Shown: piece by piece, positions 9,381 to 18,683 of the stretch
How positions within the stretch are numbered: the stretch's first letter is position 1
How the letters are laid out: each line of letters opens with the position of its first letter
Assembly (NCBI GenBank): GCA_044220955.1
Contig: JBGAQA010000026.1
Location: forward strand, 1-64,000
Direction: 5' to 3'
DNA: 64,000 nt
Source of the DNA: Sandaracinaceae bacterium
Lineage (GTDB): Bacteria; Myxococcota_A; Polyangia; Polyangiales; Sandaracinaceae
Made by a program: the position numbers and the translations under genes
Notes under the pieces: generated by a model
What the model was told of the DNA's origin: nothing
What the model saw: only the letters and a program-made list of their open reading frames with translations
The model's database searches: none

Positions 9381-11099
9381 ATGGCCGGCGAGGGCGTCGA
9401 CGTGGCGGTGTCCGAGGACGGGGAGCCCGAGGCCGAGCCGTCTCCGGTGCGGCGCGGGCGGATGCTCGGCCGCTACGTGCTCTGCTACGAGCTCGCGTCC
9501 GGCGGGATGGCGACGGTCTACCTCGCGCGCGCCGACGGCCCCGCCGGCTTCGGCAAGCTGGTCGCGCTCAAGCTGATCCACCCGCACCTCGCCAAGCAGA
9601 AGGACTTCGTCGAGATGTTCCTCGACGAGGCCCGCATCGCCGCGCGCATCGTGCACCCGAACGTGTGCAGCGTGTTCGACTTCGGACAGGAGGGCGACAC
9701 GTACTTCCTCGCGATGGACTACCTCGTGGGCGAGACGCTCGCGCGCGTGACGCGCGCCGTCTGGCGGCGCCCCGAGGTCGCGGCGCGCCCGAGCACCGCG
9801 CGGATCTTCGCGCGCATCGTCGCCGACGCCTGCGAAGGTCTGCACGCCGCCCACGAGTCTCGAGGCGACGACGGCGCGCTGCTCGGCGTCGTGCACCGCG
9901 ACGTCACGCCCCAGAACCTCTTCGCGGGCTACGACGGCTCGATCCGCGTGGTGGACTTCGGGGTGGCGATGTCGGTGGGGCGCTCGCACCAGACGACGGC
10001 CGGGACGCTGAAGGGCAAGTACCCCTACATGTCGCCCGAGCAGATCGCGCAGCAGCCGGTCGACCGCCGCTCCGACGTGTGGTCGCTCGGCGTGTGCCTG
10101 TGGGAGATGCTGACCGGGCGCCGGCTCTTCCGGCGTGACGGCGAGTTCGAGACGCTCAAGGCCGTGACCGCGGACCTCATCCCGGCCCCGAGCGCGGTGC
10201 GGCCCGGCGTCCCGCAGGCGCTCGACGCCATCGTCGCCAAGGCGCTCGCGCGCGATCGCGAGCAGCGCTACGCGACGGCGCGAGAGATGGGCCGGGACCT
10301 CGCCGCGGCCATCGGCGCGCTCGGCGGGGCGGGGGCGGCGGACGTCGCGGAGCTGATGGACGAGCTCTTCCAGGCCGAGCGAGCCGAGCGCAGCGCGTTG
10401 ATCGAGCGCGCACGGCGGGTGGACCCCGAGCAGCCCTCGACCTCGAAGGTCGCGCCGGTTCCGGGCCACGCGGGGCCCTACGGCGGCGCGGAGGCCTCGG
10501 CGTCGGGCGTGCAGCCGGGCGCCGGCTCGCGGCGCGCCGTCTACGTCGGCGGCACCCTGGCCGCGCTCCTCGGCGCCTCGATCCTCGCCGCCCTCACGAT
10601 CGCGTCGTCGAGCGGAGAGACCGAGCGGAGCCGGAGCTCGGCCGCGGCCGCAGCGCCCGCGACGACCGGGACGCCCGCCACGACCGGCGCGCCCGCCACG
10701 ACCGTGGCCGCCACCGCCTCCGCGCCGCCGATCGCGAGCACCGCCACCACCGCCGAGATCCCACCGAGCGAGGCGCCGCCGCCCCTCGTGCCCGCCCCGG
10801 CGACGACGACGGCTGCGCCGCACGAGCACACGGCGCACCGCGCGCCGCACGAGACGCTCGCCGCCGCACCGAGCGGCGCACCCGGAACGGTCAACGTGGT
10901 CACCCCGCCCGGATGGGCCGAGATCTTCGTGCGCGGCGCGCGCGTCGGCCGCTCACCCACGTCCATCACCTTGCCGGCCGGCACGACCACGGTGCGGCTC
11001 GTGCCCTACGGCACCGGCGCGCCGATCGAGCGCAGCGTCACCGTCGAGGCCGGCGCGACCACGCGCCTCGTCGTGAGGCTCGAAGCGCCCGCGCCCTGA
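9381..11099 (+). CDS. Membrane Ser/Thr protein kinase with C-terminal PEGA-like domain
   Basis: LASGGMATVY, VALK, HRDVTPQN, DFG, YMSPEQ, DVWSLG; TM; Ala/Thr/Pro linker; WAEIFVRG...GRSP. Confidence 0.95.
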   Translation: MAGEGVDVAVSEDGEPEAEPSPVRRGRMLGRYVLCYELASGGMATVYLARADGPAGFGKLVALKLIHPHLAKQKDFVEMFLDEARIAARIVHPNVCSVFDFGQEGDTYFLAMDYLVGETLARVTRAVWRRPEVAARPSTARIFARIVADACEGLHAAHESRGDDGALLGVVHRDVTPQNLFAGYDGSIRVVDFGVAMSVGRSHQTTAGTLKGKYPYMSPEQIAQQPVDRRSDVWSLGVCLWEMLTGRRLFRRDGEFETLKAVTADLIPAPSAVRPGVPQALDAIVAKALARDREQRYATAREMGRDLAAAIGALGGAGAADVAELMDELFQAERAERSALIERARRVDPEQPSTSKVAPVPGHAGPYGGAEASASGVQPGAGSRRAVYVGGTLAALLGASILAALTIASSSGETERSRSSAAAAAPATTGTPATTGAPATTVAATASAPPIASTATTAEIPPSEAPPPLVPAPATTTAAPHEHTAHRAPHETLAAAPSGAPGTVNVVTPPGWAEIFVRGARVGRSPTSITLPAGTTTVRLVPYGTGAPIERSVTVEAGATTRLVVRLEAPAP

Positions 11100-11203
11100 T
11101 CGACGAGCGGCCGGCGGCCGAACGTGGACACGGGTGGCGGCGGCGGGGCGAGGCGTCGCGCGTGCTAGATTCCGGGCCTCTGGACCGACCTCGCGCCGCC
11201 GTC

Positions 11204-12271
11204 ATGGTCCCCACGCCGCTGCTCGAACGCGCCGTCGGTCCCTTGGACTGGCTGCGAAGCACGCTCTATCGGTGGGCGCTGGCCTTTCGTCCGCTCGCCT
11301 GGTTCATCCCGCGGCGCGACCGGCGGGTGGCGCTCACCGCGACGCTGCACGCGCTGATCGCGTTCGGCATCGTGGTCGCGACGCCCACCCTGCTCCTGGC
11401 CCTCGGCCCGGTGCTGCTCGGGGCGATGCACGTGGCGGCCGATCTGCGCTTCCTCGTGCTGCGACGCGGGCTCTCGCGCGGCTGGCTGGGCGTGATCGCG
11501 CTCGGGTGCGCGGCGCTGTTCATCGTGCGCGTCGCACAGGAGGCCGGCCTGGGCTTCGTCGTCGGCGCGCGCATCGAGCACGCGCTGGTCGCGCTCTGGA
11601 TGGGCGCTGCGCTGCTCGCCGGCGCGCTGGAAGCGGGACGGGTCACGCGCGCGCTCCTCGGCGCACCGGTGGTGGTGGCCGTCGGTGCGCTCGGCCAGCT
11701 GGATCCCACGGGCGTGCGGATCGCCTTCGCTCACGTCCACAACGTGATCGCCGTGCTGCTCTGGATGCTCCTGTTCCGCGGGCGACGCGGCGCCGTGCTC
11801 CTGCCGCTCGCGCTGATCACCGCGCTCACCGCGCTCTTGCTCAGCGGTCAGACCTACCTCTGGACCGCCCGGCTCGGCACCCTCGATCTCCTGGGGCTGC
11901 ACGTCCTGACCGCCGCAGACTGGCTGGCGCCGGGCCTGCCGACCGAGCGGGCGGTCGGGCTCACGCTCAGCTTCACGTTCCTGCAATCCGTGCACTACTC
12001 GACCTGGCTCTTGGTGGTTCCCCAGGAGGACGTGCGGGGGCAGGGCACCGCCACCTGGCGCATGGGCGTGCGCTCGATGACGCGCGAGTTCGGGCGCGTC
12101 GGGGTGTGGATCATGCTGGCGACCGTCGCAGCGGTCCCCATCGCCGCCTGCTTCGACCTGCACGGTGCCCGGAACCTGTACCTGTCGCTGGCGATGTTCC
12201 ACGGCTACCTCGAGCTCGCGCTCGGCGCGTACTACTTCGCGCGCGGCGGGCTGACGCCACTGAAGCCTTGA
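11204..12271 (+). CDS. Polytopic membrane protein with His motifs (possible metalloenzyme)
   Basis: Many TM segments; LGAMHVAAD, FAHVHN, FLQSVHY, FHGYLE. Confidence 0.75.
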   Translation: MVPTPLLERAVGPLDWLRSTLYRWALAFRPLAWFIPRRDRRVALTATLHALIAFGIVVATPTLLLALGPVLLGAMHVAADLRFLVLRRGLSRGWLGVIALGCAALFIVRVAQEAGLGFVVGARIEHALVALWMGAALLAGALEAGRVTRALLGAPVVVAVGALGQLDPTGVRIAFAHVHNVIAVLLWMLLFRGRRGAVLLPLALITALTALLLSGQTYLWTARLGTLDLLGLHVLTAADWLAPGLPTERAVGLTLSFTFLQSVHYSTWLLVVPQEDVRGQGTATWRMGVRSMTREFGRVGVWIMLATVAAVPIAACFDLHGARNLYLSLAMFHGYLELALGAYYFARGGLTPLKP

Positions 12272-12378
12272 CGCGCTGACGTGGCGCTCGGGCCCGGCCG
12301 GCCGACGGGCCGATCGTGAGTTCTCGCAGTGTCCGCCGACCCCGTGCGCCCGGAGGATCGGTGCGTAGCTAGCGATTT

Positions 12379-13980
12379 GTGGGAGTGTCGGGCGCGCTCG
12401 CCGAGGCGGCAACGGGGACCGAGGGCGTCCGGGTCCTCATCGTCGACGACGACGACGACGACGCGCTCCTGGCCCGCGAGCTGCTCGCGGACGCGCGCGG
12501 TGGGCCGTACCGGGTCCGGCGCGCGTCGAACGCCGAGGACGGACTGGCGATGCTCTGCGGCGGCGAGCTCGACGTCTGCTTGCTCGACTACCGCCTGGGC
12601 CCTGCCGACGGGCTCGACTTGCTCCGGACCGCTCGCGCCCGAGGCGTCGACATCGCCGTGCTCATGCTGACGGGCACCGACGGCCGCGAGGTCGACGTCG
12701 CCGCGACGGACGCCGGCGCCGACGACTTCCTGGTCAAGGGGCGCCTCGACGCTCAGCTCCTCGAGCGCGCCATCCGGTACGCGATCGCGCACCGAAAGCT
12801 CGCTCGCGAGCTGCAACGCCGGAACACGGAGCTCGGGGCGGCCCGCGAAGCCGCGGAGGCGGCGAACGCCGCCAAGACGGACTTCCTCCGCTCGATGAGC
12901 CACGAGCTGCGAACGCCGCTCAACGCCATCCTCGGCTTCGCGCAGCTCCTGCGCCGCGACCGCTCGCTCGGCGAGCGACCGCAGCACTTCGTCGATCACG
13001 TCTTGCGCTCCGGCGAGCACCTGGTGCGTCTCATCGACGACCTGCTCGACATGGCCCGCATCGAGGCGGGCGCCGTGCCCCTCTGCATCGAGCCCGTGGC
13101 GGCCCGCGAGATCCTCGAAGAGGCGCGCGCCACCCTGGCTCCGATGGCGCTGGAGCGCGCGGTGCACCTCGAGGTGGCCGTGCCGGCGGATCTGCCCCCG
13201 CTCGAGGCGGATCGGACGCGGCTCCGGCAGATCGCGATCAACCTCGGCTCGAACGCGATCAAGTACGGTCGACGGGGCGGTCGGGTGGCCCTGCGCGCCG
13301 AGCGGGTGGACGGCGGGGCCCGCCTCGTCGTGACCGACGACGGCCCCGGCATTCCGAGCGATCTCCAGGGTCGGCTCTTCGAGCCGTTCTATCGGGCGGG
13401 CCACGAGACCGGCCCCATCGAGGGCACGGGCATCGGCCTCTCGCTCTCGCGACGGCTCGCGGAGATGATGGGCGGCAGCATCGGCTTCACGAGCACGCCG
13501 GGGCGCGGCTCCGAGTTCTGGGTCGCGCTCCCCGTCGCCACGAGCGCGTCGTCGCGCCCACCTTCGGCGCGCGCACCTGCGCCCGAAGAGGACGCGTTCG
13601 ATCGCCGCTGCGTCGTTCTCTACGTCGAGGACAACGCCGCGAGCGTCGTGTTCATGCAGGAGGTGCTGCTCGCCCTCGACGGCGTCGAGCTCGTGGTCGC
13701 GACGACCGGTGAGGCGGGCCTGGCGCTGGCGCGCGATCGTCTCCCTGCGGCGGTCGTCGTCGACATCAACCTCCCCGGGATCAGCGGCTTCGAGGTGCTC
13801 CGGCGCCTGCGTGCCGATCCGGCGACCGCGGCCATCCCCGTGCTGGCGCTCAGCGCGTCCGCCATGACCCACGACCGGGAACGGGGACTGGAGGCGGGCT
13901 TCGTCCGCTACCTGACCAAGCCCGTGCAGATCGACGAGCTCCTCGGCGCGCTCGCACGCATCCTGCCCCGCCCGAGCTGA
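12379..13980 (+). CDS. Hybrid histidine kinase (REC-HisKA-HATPase-REC)
   Basis: VLIVDD...LLDY receiver; MSHELRTPLN; NAIKY; DDGPGI; GTGIGL; C-terminal receiver YVEDN...DINLP...TKP. Confidence 0.95.
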   Translation: MGVSGALAEAATGTEGVRVLIVDDDDDDALLARELLADARGGPYRVRRASNAEDGLAMLCGGELDVCLLDYRLGPADGLDLLRTARARGVDIAVLMLTGTDGREVDVAATDAGADDFLVKGRLDAQLLERAIRYAIAHRKLARELQRRNTELGAAREAAEAANAAKTDFLRSMSHELRTPLNAILGFAQLLRRDRSLGERPQHFVDHVLRSGEHLVRLIDDLLDMARIEAGAVPLCIEPVAAREILEEARATLAPMALERAVHLEVAVPADLPPLEADRTRLRQIAINLGSNAIKYGRRGGRVALRAERVDGGARLVVTDDGPGIPSDLQGRLFEPFYRAGHETGPIEGTGIGLSLSRRLAEMMGGSIGFTSTPGRGSEFWVALPVATSASSRPPSARAPAPEEDAFDRRCVVLYVEDNAASVVFMQEVLLALDGVELVVATTGEAGLALARDRLPAAVVVDINLPGISGFEVLRRLRADPATAAIPVLALSASAMTHDRERGLEAGFVRYLTKPVQIDELLGALARILPRPS

Positions 13981-14005
13981 CGCGCGAGGCCCGCCCGGTC
14001 CGCTC

Positions 14006-15151
14006 TCACGGCGAGGGTCGGCCGCCTGCGGGAGGCGTCCCCGGCAGCGAGACGTCGAACACCGTGCCGCGGCCCAGCTCGGACTCGACCGCGATTCGGC
14101 CGCCGTGCGCCTCGACGATGCGCTTGACGATCGCGAGGCCGAGGCCGGTGCTCTTCTCGCCGGCCGTGCCGCTCCGACGGCCGGTGCGGAACGGCTCGAA
14201 CAGTCGCTGGAGCATGTCCGGCGCGATCCCGACGCCCTCGTCGGCGACCCTCAGATGAACGCCCGAGGCCGTGCCGATCACGCGGACGCTCACGCGCTTG
14301 CCCCGATCGGAGTACTTGATCGCGTTCCCGACGAGGTTGGTCGCGACCTGCAGGAAGCGCTCCGGATCGAGGTCGATCGCCCGGTCGCCGTCGACGGCGA
14401 GCTCGAGCGCGATCGACTTCTGTGCCGCGATCGGAGCGAGATCGAGCAGACACCGCTCGACGATGGGGCCGAGCGGCCCTCGCTCGAGGCGCAGCACGAG
14501 CGTTCCGGCCTCGATGGCCGACAGATCCAGCAGGTCGTCGATGAGACGCAGCATGTGCTCGCTCGATCGACGCATGCTGCCGAGCATGTCGAGCAGATCC
14601 TTGCGCGGCAGCGTGTCGAGCTCGTCCTGCAGGAAGCCCGCATACCCCAGGACGATCCCGAGCGGGTTGCGCAGGTCGTGGGCCGCCATCCCGAGCAGCG
14701 TGTTCTTCTCGCGGTTGAGCGCGTCGAGCGCGGCGTTGCGGGCCCGTAGCTCGTGCTCGATCGCGCGGCGGGCGATCGCGTAGCGGATCGAGCGCTCGAG
14801 GAGCGGCGCGTCGATGCGCCCCTTGATCAGGTAGTCGTCGGCGCCCGCCTCGCTCGCGGCGAGGTCGAGCTCCCGCGCGCCAGCCCCCGTCAGCATGAGG
14901 ATCGGCGTGTCGATGCCGCGCGCGCGCACGCGCCGCAGCACGTCGAGCCCGCCGACGTCGCCGAGGCGGTGGTCGAGCAGACACACGTCGAGCTCTCCCT
15001 CGGCCAGGCGCGCGGCGCCCAGCGCCGCGGTCGCGACGTGCTCGACGCGGTAGGGACCGCCACTGCCTTCGGCGAGCAGCTCGCGGGCCAGCAGCGCGTC
15101 GTCCTCGTCGTCTTCGACGAGCAGGACGCGAATCGGCGCGCGCTCAGCCAC
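14006..15151 (-). CDS. Hybrid histidine kinase (REC-HisKA-HATPase)
   Basis: VLLVEDD receiver; AAHDLRNPL; NAIKYS; DEGVGI; STGLGL. Confidence 0.95.
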   Translation of the reverse strand: MAERAPIRVLLVEDDEDDALLARELLAEGSGGPYRVEHVATAALGAARLAEGELDVCLLDHRLGDVGGLDVLRRVRARGIDTPILMLTGAGARELDLAASEAGADDYLIKGRIDAPLLERSIRYAIARRAIEHELRARNAALDALNREKNTLLGMAAHDLRNPLGIVLGYAGFLQDELDTLPRKDLLDMLGSMRRSSEHMLRLIDDLLDLSAIEAGTLVLRLERGPLGPIVERCLLDLAPIAAQKSIALELAVDGDRAIDLDPERFLQVATNLVGNAIKYSDRGKRVSVRVIGTASGVHLRVADEGVGIAPDMLQRLFEPFRTGRRSGTAGEKSTGLGLAIVKRIVEAHGGRIAVESELGRGTVFDVSLPGTPPAGGRPSP

Positions 15152-15626
15152 GCGGTTCCTCGGGGAGCTCCACGATCCCGAACCAGTACCTGCCGACGGC
15201 TCGCATCACCTCGACGAGCCCGTCGAACGTCACGGGCTTGCTGATGAACGAGTTCACGCCGAGATCGTACGAGCGGAACACGTCCTCCTGAGCCTTGGAG
15301 GTCGTCAGCACCACGACGGGGATGCGGCGCAGGTTCGGATCGCTCTTGATGACCGCGAGCGCCTCCCGTCCGTCCATCTTGGGCATGTTGAGATCGAGCA
15401 GGACGAGCCCGGGTCTCGGTGCGACCGCGGGGTCGGCATATCGACCACGGTGCTGCAGGTACTCGAGCAGCTCCTCGCCGTCCTCGACGAAGCGCAGGTC
15501 GTTGATCAGGCGCGCCTCGCGCAGCGCGTCGTGCACGAGCATCCGGTCGTCCTCGTCGTCGTCGGCGTAGAGGATGACGATGGGCGTCGGCGGGCGGGAG
15601 CTCGGGACATCGGCAGACGTGCTCAT
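15144..15626 (-). CDS. Single-domain response regulator (Rcp1-like)
   Basis: LYADDDEDD, LLDLNMPKMDGRE, VLTTS, SYDLGVNSFISKP. Confidence 0.93.
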   Translation of the reverse strand: MSTSADVPSSRPPTPIVILYADDDEDDRMLVHDALREARLINDLRFVEDGEELLEYLQHRGRYADPAVAPRPGLVLLDLNMPKMDGREALAVIKSDPNLRRIPVVVLTTSKAQEDVFRSYDLGVNSFISKPVTFDGLVEVMRAVGRYWFGIVELPEEPRG

Positions 15627-16804
15627 GGGAGGGGCTCCGGCGGATCGGTGGAAGGGTCGTGGCGGACGGGCAGCGTGACGGTGAAGGTGGCGCCGGCCGC
15701 TGGCGCGCCCGAGGCCGAGATCGTGCCTCCGTGCCGCTCGCAGATCTTCTTGGCGATGGCGAGGCCGATCCCCGTGCCCTCGTAGCTCGAGCGCGCGTGC
15801 AAGCGCTCGAAGAGCACGAAGATCCGCTCCGCGTGCTTGGGCTCGAACCCGATCCCGTTGTCCGTGACCGTCAGGACGACGCGCTCGCGGCCGTCGGCTC
15901 CGCGCGCGCGTCGCGCGTCGATGCCGACGCGGGGCGGGGCGTCCGGGCGGCGGTACTTCAGGGCGTTTCCGACGAGGTTCAGGAAGAGCTGGCGCAGCTG
16001 CTGTGGATCTCCGTCGATCACGCCGAGCGTGCCGGCCTCGACGACGCCGTGGCTGCGCTCGAGCGCGAGCTCGAGATCGAGCAGCGTCGTCCGAAGCACC
16101 GCGTCGAGATCGACCCTCGAGAAGGGCACGGCCTTCGTCGTCAGCCGGGAGTACGCGAGGAGATCTTCGATCAGCGACTGCATCCGTCGCGCGGCGCCGG
16201 TCATGCGCGCGAGGTAGTCGACGCCCTGCGCATCCAGAGATCCCTCGACCTTCTTCGCGAGCCGATCGCCGAACGCGACGATCTTGCGCAGCGGCTCCTG
16301 CAGATCGTGCGACGCGACGAAGGCGAACTGCTCGAGCTCCTGGTTGCGCTCCTCGAGGCCGCGCTGCAGCTCGACGAGCCGGCGCTCGTACTCGCGGCGC
16401 TCGGTCATGTCGCGGACGATCGCGATGACCAGCAGGCGCGGGCCGATCCGGACCGGAGAGAGCTTCACGTCGGCGAAGAACTCGGTGCCGTCCTTTCGAC
16501 GCGCCGCGATCTCGAGCGCTCCCATCGGGCGCATCTTCGGGTCGCGCTGGTACCCCGCGCGGTCGACGGCGTGCTGCTCGGCGAAGCGCTCGGGCACGAG
16601 CAGCTCGAGCGCCTGCCCGACCATCTCCTCGCGCGCGTATCCGAAGAGGCCCTCGGCGCCTCGGTTCACGTAGACGATCCGCCCCTCCTCCACGAGCACC
16701 CAGCCCAGGGGGGCGGCCTCGAAGAGCTGGACGAGGACCCCGCCCTCGTCGAAAACGGCCCGGACGTCCGCACCCGGCAGCCCGGGATCACTGGGCTGGC
16801 TCAC
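15623..16804 (-). CDS. PAS sensor histidine kinase
   Basis: PAS (VNRGAEGLFGY...RRKDGTEF); ASHDLQEPLRKI; NALKY; DNGIG; GTGIGL; start at GTG 16804. Confidence 0.92.
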   Translation of the reverse strand: MSQPSDPGLPGADVRAVFDEGGVLVQLFEAAPLGWVLVEEGRIVYVNRGAEGLFGYAREEMVGQALELLVPERFAEQHAVDRAGYQRDPKMRPMGALEIAARRKDGTEFFADVKLSPVRIGPRLLVIAIVRDMTERREYERRLVELQRGLEERNQELEQFAFVASHDLQEPLRKIVAFGDRLAKKVEGSLDAQGVDYLARMTGAARRMQSLIEDLLAYSRLTTKAVPFSRVDLDAVLRTTLLDLELALERSHGVVEAGTLGVIDGDPQQLRQLFLNLVGNALKYRRPDAPPRVGIDARRARGADGRERVVLTVTDNGIGFEPKHAERIFVLFERLHARSSYEGTGIGLAIAKKICERHGGTISASGAPAAGATFTVTLPVRHDPSTDPPEPLP

Positions 16805-16901
16805 CCGTCCGCACGACGACTCCACGGGGCGTGCAGACGCACCGCCCGGGCCCGCGCACCTGGGCCCGCGCGCGCGGGCGGCGGCCTCCGGCCCTGCGCG
16901 C

Positions 16902-18683
16902 TCACGGCGTGGGGCCGATCCCGAACTCCGCACCTTGCTTGGCGAGCATCACGCGGCCGTACGCGCGCGGCGCGAGGCGGGAGAGCCACCACGCGCTCCG
17001 GCTGACCGACGTCGGCAGCACCCTCTGGGCTCCCCGCCGGGCTCCCTGCACGATCGACTCGGCGATCTGCTCGGGCGACGCCAGGGCACCGACGGTCGCC
17101 TTCCCGGGCGGTGCGGCACGACCGTCGCCTCCGACGGCGTTGCGATCGATCGCGGTGTCGGTGAACGAGGGGCAGACGAGCATCACGTGGACGCCGCGAT
17201 GGGCGACCTCGCTGCGCAGCGAGTCGAAGAAGCCGTGCAGCGCGTGCTTGCTCGCCGCGTACCCGGTTCGACCCACGAGCGGCGCGAACCCGGCGACGCT
17301 GGACACGGCGATGACGGTGCCGCGCCGCGCGAGGAGGCTCGGCAGCGCCGCCTGCGTGCAGTGGACGGCCCCGAAGAAGTTCACCTCCATGATCCGCCGG
17401 ATCACGGAGGGCGCCGTGTCGGCGAAGAGGCTGCGGTGGGCCACGCCGGCGTTGTTCACCAGGACGTCCACCCCACCGAAGGTCTCGACGACCCGCGCGA
17501 TGGCGTCGCGGCAGGAGGCCTCGTCGCACACGTCGCAGGCGATCGCGATCGCGTCCCGTCGCTCGGATCGCATCCGCTCCGCCTCGAGCCGCGCGCGCTC
17601 GACGTCGCGATCGAGCAGCGCGACCCGCGCACCCTCCGCCGCGAAGCGCCGCGCCGTCGCCAGGCCGATGCCGCCGGCGCCCCCCGTCACCACGACCGAG
17701 CGGCCCGCGAACGAGCCGGCCCCACGGGCGCGCCGCTCGACGCTGCGCGCCCACGCCTCGAACACCGCGCGGCTCGGCGTGAGCCGCACGCCACGCTCGC
17801 GCCGCAGCTTCTCCGCCGAGAGGACGGGCCGGTGCGCGAGGAACGCCGTCTGCTCGGGCCCGTACTGGGTCGCCCCGATCGAGCGCAGCAGGCCGATGCC
17901 GCTCCGGAGCGCGGCCTCGGGGAGCCCGACGAAGGGCTTGCCGAGCCGCGCCGCGATCTCGCGCAGCGTCATCACGCCCTCGCCCGCGAGGTTGTAGATC
18001 CCCGTCCAGCCCTCGCGCACGCCGGTCACGATCGCGCGCACGACGTCGTCGTCCGAGACGAACACGAAGGGCGTGTCCGACTCACGCAGCCCGACGATCA
18101 CGGGCTTCTCGAAGATGTCGGTGATCGGGTTGGAGGCGCCCTCGCCGAGGATGGTCCCCGGCCGGAAGACGAGCTGCGCCAGCTCGGGGTGCTCCGTGCG
18201 CGCGCGCGCGAGGAGCTCCTCGACGAGGCGCTTGTGGTGGGAGTACGCGAACGCCTCGTTGCCGCGCAGCGGCGCGTCCTCCGTCAGGAGCGCGGGGCTC
18301 TCGGCGTGGTAGCCGTACGCCGCCCCGCTGCTCGTGACGACCAGGCGCGCGACACCCTCCCGCACGCAGGCCTCGACGACGTTCTCGGTCCCCCGCACGT
18401 CCACGTCGTACTGCGCCTCGCGAGAGAGAGAACGACCGGGGCTGACGATGGTCGCCAGGTGCACGACCGTGTCGATGCGGTGGCGGCCGAGGAGCGCCCC
18501 GAGCCCGCCGGAGCGCACGTCGAGCCGCTCGTAGACGACGCCCGGCTCGCGCTCGGCGAGTGGGATGTCGCGGACGTCGGTGGCGACGATGCCCGTGAAC
18601 GCGCCCGGCCCCGCCTCGCGGAGCGCGCGGACGAGCCGGCGGCCGACGAAGCCGGCCGCGCCCGTGACGAGGACGGCCCTCAT
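16902..18683 (-). CDS. Fusion of extended SDR (epimerase/dehydratase) and classical SDR
   Basis: TGAAGFVG...YSHHK, then TGGAGGIG, NNAG, YAASK; ATG overlaps the upstream stop (ATGA). Confidence 0.9.
   Translation of the reverse strand: MRAVLVTGAAGFVGRRLVRALREAGPGAFTGIVATDVRDIPLAEREPGVVYERLDVRSGGLGALLGRHRIDTVVHLATIVSPGRSLSREAQYDVDVRGTENVVEACVREGVARLVVTSSGAAYGYHAESPALLTEDAPLRGNEAFAYSHHKRLVEELLARARTEHPELAQLVFRPGTILGEGASNPITDIFEKPVIVGLRESDTPFVFVSDDDVVRAIVTGVREGWTGIYNLAGEGVMTLREIAARLGKPFVGLPEAALRSGIGLLRSIGATQYGPEQTAFLAHRPVLSAEKLRRERGVRLTPSRAVFEAWARSVERRARGAGSFAGRSVVVTGGAGGIGLATARRFAAEGARVALLDRDVERARLEAERMRSERRDAIAIACDVCDEASCRDAIARVVETFGGVDVLVNNAGVAHRSLFADTAPSVIRRIMEVNFFGAVHCTQAALPSLLARRGTVIAVSSVAGFAPLVGRTGYAASKHALHGFFDSLRSEVAHRGVHVMLVCPSFTDTAIDRNAVGGDGRAAPPGKATVGALASPEQIAESIVQGARRGAQRVLPTSVSRSAWWLSRLAPRAYGRVMLAKQGAEFGIGPTP

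Noticed and set aside
6621..10850. 1409-aa ORF as a single protein
   Set aside because: The part upstream of 8534 is antisense shadow of the TPR-like and kinase genes.
15144..16804. Bacteriophytochrome system
   Set aside because: H-box and regulator are Cph1/Rcp1-like, but there is no GAF-PHY region, only one PAS domain.
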